Shown piece after piece: positions 60,901-62,713 of a stretch of 62,713 nt of DNA. Source of the DNA: an uncultured Thermoplasmata archaeon. Its GTDB lineage: Archaea > Thermoplasmatota > DTKX01 > DATEUP01. Each line of letters begins with the position of its first letter. Positions within the stretch are counted from its first letter, which is position 1. Made by a program: the position numbers and the translations under genes. The stretch is from positions 1 to 62,713 of the forward strand of contig CBEUCC010000001.1 of assembly GCA_965541515.1 (NCBI GenBank). The letters are read 5' to 3'. Below the pieces are notes generated by a model. The model was not told the origin of the DNA. It was given only the letters and a program-made list of their open reading frames with translations, and ran no database searches.

Positions 60901-62713
60901 AGGTCCGCGACAACGCGGGTGTCGGCCTGCGCCTTGCCCGGCTCCTGTCCGCGGACTTGTCGGGCCTCGTCGCCACAGGCAACGCCCAGGGCGGTGTCCT
61001 TGTCGACTCGACGCCGTTTCGTGCGGACGGCGTGCTCCTCTCCGGCAACGTCGGGTTCGCGCTCTCTATTGCAGGCACCGAGACCGCGGAGATCTACAAC
61101 TATACGGCATCCCTGAATGCGGGCCCCGGGCTCCGGGTCTCCAACGCCGCCGGGCTCACGTTGGGCGACTGCTTGATCGACCGGGCCGGGGGCTACGGAA
61201 TCGAGTTGGACGGGGTCGGGCTCGCCAACATATGGCGGTGCACGGTCGAGGGGAGCGGGGGCTTCGGCCTGACCGCCAACGACGTCGATGACCTGACCAT
61301 GTTCAACGTGACCTTCGACGGCAACAGCGTCTCGCACATCGAGCTGAGGGGCTCCACGCACGCAGACATCGCCTCTTGCCGCCTCCGCAACTCGCCGGGC
61401 GACGCCGTCCACATCCGCGACTCGGTGCGGCTGCGGCTGGTGGACTGCGTGAGCGAGACCAGCGTCGCCGGCATCCTGGCGCTCGAGGACGCCTACGCGT
61501 ACCTGCTGAACGCGACCTTCGGGTCGGCCGCACGGGCCCTGGGCAACGCCCAGGTCGATATCGCGTGGAGGGTGCAGGTGCACGTGGCGCTCGAGGCCGG
61601 GGGGGCCATCCCCTCTGCCCTCGTCAATGTGACAGGCGCGGACGGGACGCCCCTTGGCTCTGCGTCCACCAACGACACGGGCTGGACGCGCGTCATGGAG
61701 GTGCTCGAGCGCACCGTGTACGGCACGGGGGAACCGGCGGTCTACACGCCCCACCTCTTCGAGGCGATGCTCCCCTCGGGGGGGTATGTCTCGAAAGAAC
61801 AGTCCATCGAGGCGGACTCGGACGTTGTTATCCTGGCGGACGATCGCGCACCCACCACGTCCGCTACGCTCGACGGGCCCGAGGGGAAGGACGGGTGGCA
61901 CATCGGGCCCGTGACGGTCTCCCTCGAGGCCGAGGACGCCAGCGGCGGCTTCCTCACGCTTTGGTGGCGCACGCTCCCGGACCCCGCAACATGGGATTCG
62001 ATTGGCGGTAGCGGGGGGGTTGCCTCCACCTCCTTCGAGGTGTCGGCCCAGGGGGACACAGACGTCGAGTACTACGCGATTGACGCCGCGGGGAACCGCG
62101 ACGAGACCCAGAGCGTTGCGTTCAGGATCGACTCGTTGGCCCCCTCGGCTTCTTTGGAGGACCACGATGCCGTCATTTCCTCGAAGGAGACGGACGTCGC
62201 CTGGTTCGGCACCGACGCCGGCGGGAGCGGGATCGTCTCGTGGCGGCTCGAGTTCCAGACGCGCGGCGGCCCGTGGACCGAACTCCTCAACAACACCAAC
62301 GCGACCACCTACCACCTCGTCGGCCAGGAGGGGTTGCACACGTTCCGCCTCCAAGGGACCGACGCGGCCGGGCTCACGTCCCCACCGGCCTCCATGTCCT
62401 TCGAGATCTCGCTCTACGGCACGCTGCGGATCCACGCCGTGGACGCGGCCGGTGTCGACGTCCCGGGCATCGTGGTTTTCGTTGGGGAAACGAACGAATC
62501 GCACCTCGTTACCGGTAACTTCACGCTTTCGCTGCCGCCTGGCGAGTACACCGTCATCGTGTCGGCGCCCGGGTACTCCTCGGCGACGCTGCACGCGGTC
62601 GTCCTGGCCGGTGGCGAGACCGACCCGGGCCCGCTCACGATGGACCGCTACGGAGTCTCGGCGACGGTGGCCGACGCGCCGCCCGTGGCGTTCCTACTCG
62701 TATTCCTCGGACT
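57960..62713 (+). CDS. Giant secreted right-handed parallel beta-helix (NosD/pectate-lyase-like repeat) surface protein, heavily sequon-decorated; 3' end beyond window
   Basis: Absent from the track (no stop in the window). Hand translation from ATG 57960 (or 57990) gives MRGGDRRPPGMRWVLWGAAAGLLVVALTLLAAPAQAANYTING..., open to 62713. About 22-residue repeats with ..N..I.(N/D)..(V/I).. periodicity and dozens of NxS/T, followed by Ig-like modules near the end. Confidence 0.75.
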   Translation, partial: MRGGDRRPPGMRWVLWGAAAGLLVVALTLLAAPAQAANYTINGDWVIGPSEFVSNVSDNITVFGDVIVQGMLSLQNCTLNVTYLPSPPPPQIARLGHVIVTGQLTVINTTVTFDVGLGGSLTVPNGFRVSSSGRVTIRDYDNIPSTPGDASYVRATQAGTYSTFAPGADIAIWNSYYDDAGWDGYPGLALNGTTFYANQVNFANRPTNMPGTFGGITVVRARNNVSGSLGNSTFNATAAPAMVDVMALDVQASPGLYLNGLNIDGFRRGVVWANDAGVYMYNLTFIGHGTGVEFSNMTNSSIWGTTTGGAAGYPSGPGWPPAGTLVAIRQSQNIWVTETRGNAGLAVGGFLSPTLIAVLASQDVHIPSVDSNLAARFGAVEGSTRVWVNNVTASGLLDGLVVSNSDSLWIDNVTLSGPGARLEVSGARFVWILNTHFDQPTGLAIFVNASFNVTLEATSANAEAGIYVRGSANLSLVDVALNVTQSAVSIFNTGFVDIVRLSVTGTGSGLTISNVFQMRLQDATIEHAARGIDAYDLRGALLDGAAMRSPQGVEASEVVHVRYSQGVTLRNLSFSGNCTTFGKIQNTDIVAVERLSVSGCQRGLEFESDNFVTARNVTIVGTWNGTGLRLDTVTDVLLENIRVDGAADLGLSVSLAVRLQATSINVTASGAAGAIFSACTDLDLSDSEFSTSGGTGLLLLSNYEPVQLSGLALRGNDNGLRLLSTKNATVTQVEASNNAGDGVFLDSDSTNVLLRDLKLIGNGRNGLLVDATGAALIDGNISANDWDGIAAGRGIRLSWLVEVAASFTDGSARLPGDLTILPGARFWLVRATLRPDATPISARPTAWNVWSFGEASTVFFEGATVDPVNRSAAYAIEFASGSSVSIRGSDFVGAGRDDARSRVAAADSSLEIMFSTFTGFHSPLVVTGGTLRFVDTLFFDNKDGLSATGTTLAVSNLTVQDADGDGIVFTGGGLSSGDRIQVRDNAGVGLRLARLLSADLSGLVATGNAQGGVLVDSTPFRADGVLLSGNVGFALSIAGTETAEIYNYTASLNAGPGLRVSNAAGLTLGDCLIDRAGGYGIELDGVGLANIWRCTVEGSGGFGLTANDVDDLTMFNVTFDGNSVSHIELRGSTHADIASCRLRNSPGDAVHIRDSVRLRLVDCVSETSVAGILALEDAYAYLLNATFGSAARALGNAQVDIAWRVQVHVALEAGGAIPSALVNVTGADGTPLGSASTNDTGWTRVMEVLERTVYGTGEPAVYTPHLFEAMLPSGGYVSKEQSIEADSDVVILADDRAPTTSATLDGPEGKDGWHIGPVTVSLEAEDASGGFLTLWWRTLPDPATWDSIGGSGGVASTSFEVSAQGDTDVEYYAIDAAGNRDETQSVAFRIDSLAPSASLEDHDAVISSKETDVAWFGTDAGGSGIVSWRLEFQTRGGPWTELLNNTNATTYHLVGQEGLHTFRLQGTDAAGLTSPPASMSFEISLYGTLRIHAVDAAGVDVPGIVVFVGETNESHLVTGNFTLSLPPGEYTVIVSAPGYSSATLHAVVLAGGETDPGPLTMDRYGVSATVADAPPVAFLLVFLG

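Noticed and set aside
60681-62594. 637-aa minus-strand ORF
   Set aside because: It is antisense to the continuous beta-helix protein frame that is open from 57960 to the window end. The product is Arg/Gly/Pro/Val-rich, with no signal peptide or motifs.

Overview
High-G+C archaeal chromosomal fragment. Archaeal markers: ribosomal protein L15e, an SRP (7S) RNA with helix-6 and helix-8 GNAR hairpins, two tRNAs without encoded CCA, a PGF-CTERM sorting signal, and TATA-like boxes about 25-40 nt upstream of many starts. I call about 50 genes. All family calls are motif recognition by eye; no search or computation was run.

Housekeeping and metabolism: thrC, amt, PhzF-like, EamA, MMPL, SDR epimerase, class-III aminotransferase, rtcA, short LeuA-family synthase, htpX, bacterial-type metK, rpl15e, ridA, ThiI-like THUMP protein, trm5, geranylgeranyl reductase, translin.

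The rest is dominated by very large secreted, C-terminally anchored, sequon-rich surface proteins: C25-like peptidase, M14 carboxypeptidase, an SBBP/B-repeat giant, a beta-helix giant, and several paralog pairs.

The left ~8.6 kb looks accessory, with visibly lower G+C. It holds (i) three tandem diverged lipoprotein paralogs interleaved with two near-identical ~300-nt modules (TATA box, conserved leader, 44-47 aa acidic micro-ORF, hairpin), plus a tyrosine-recombinase remnant; and (ii) a Csa3/CARF-like wHTH regulator divergent from a three-gene operon (NucS-like PD-(D/E)xK mini-nuclease, 89-aa protein, 761-aa helical protein with a nuclease-like C-terminus). That operon is my best candidate for an undescribed defence-type system.

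Other points of interest: a PKD-TM-Roadblock/LC7 receptor-like protein, a Trp-rich NW[ST]-repeat secreted protein, a homopolymer frameshift in a membrane-protein gene, trm5 running antisense into tRNA-Ile, a ThiI paralog with a degenerate PP-loop, and a low-G+C Fic island. Many long ORFs in the track are antisense or out-of-frame artefacts of high G+C, and several listed starts are over-extended.
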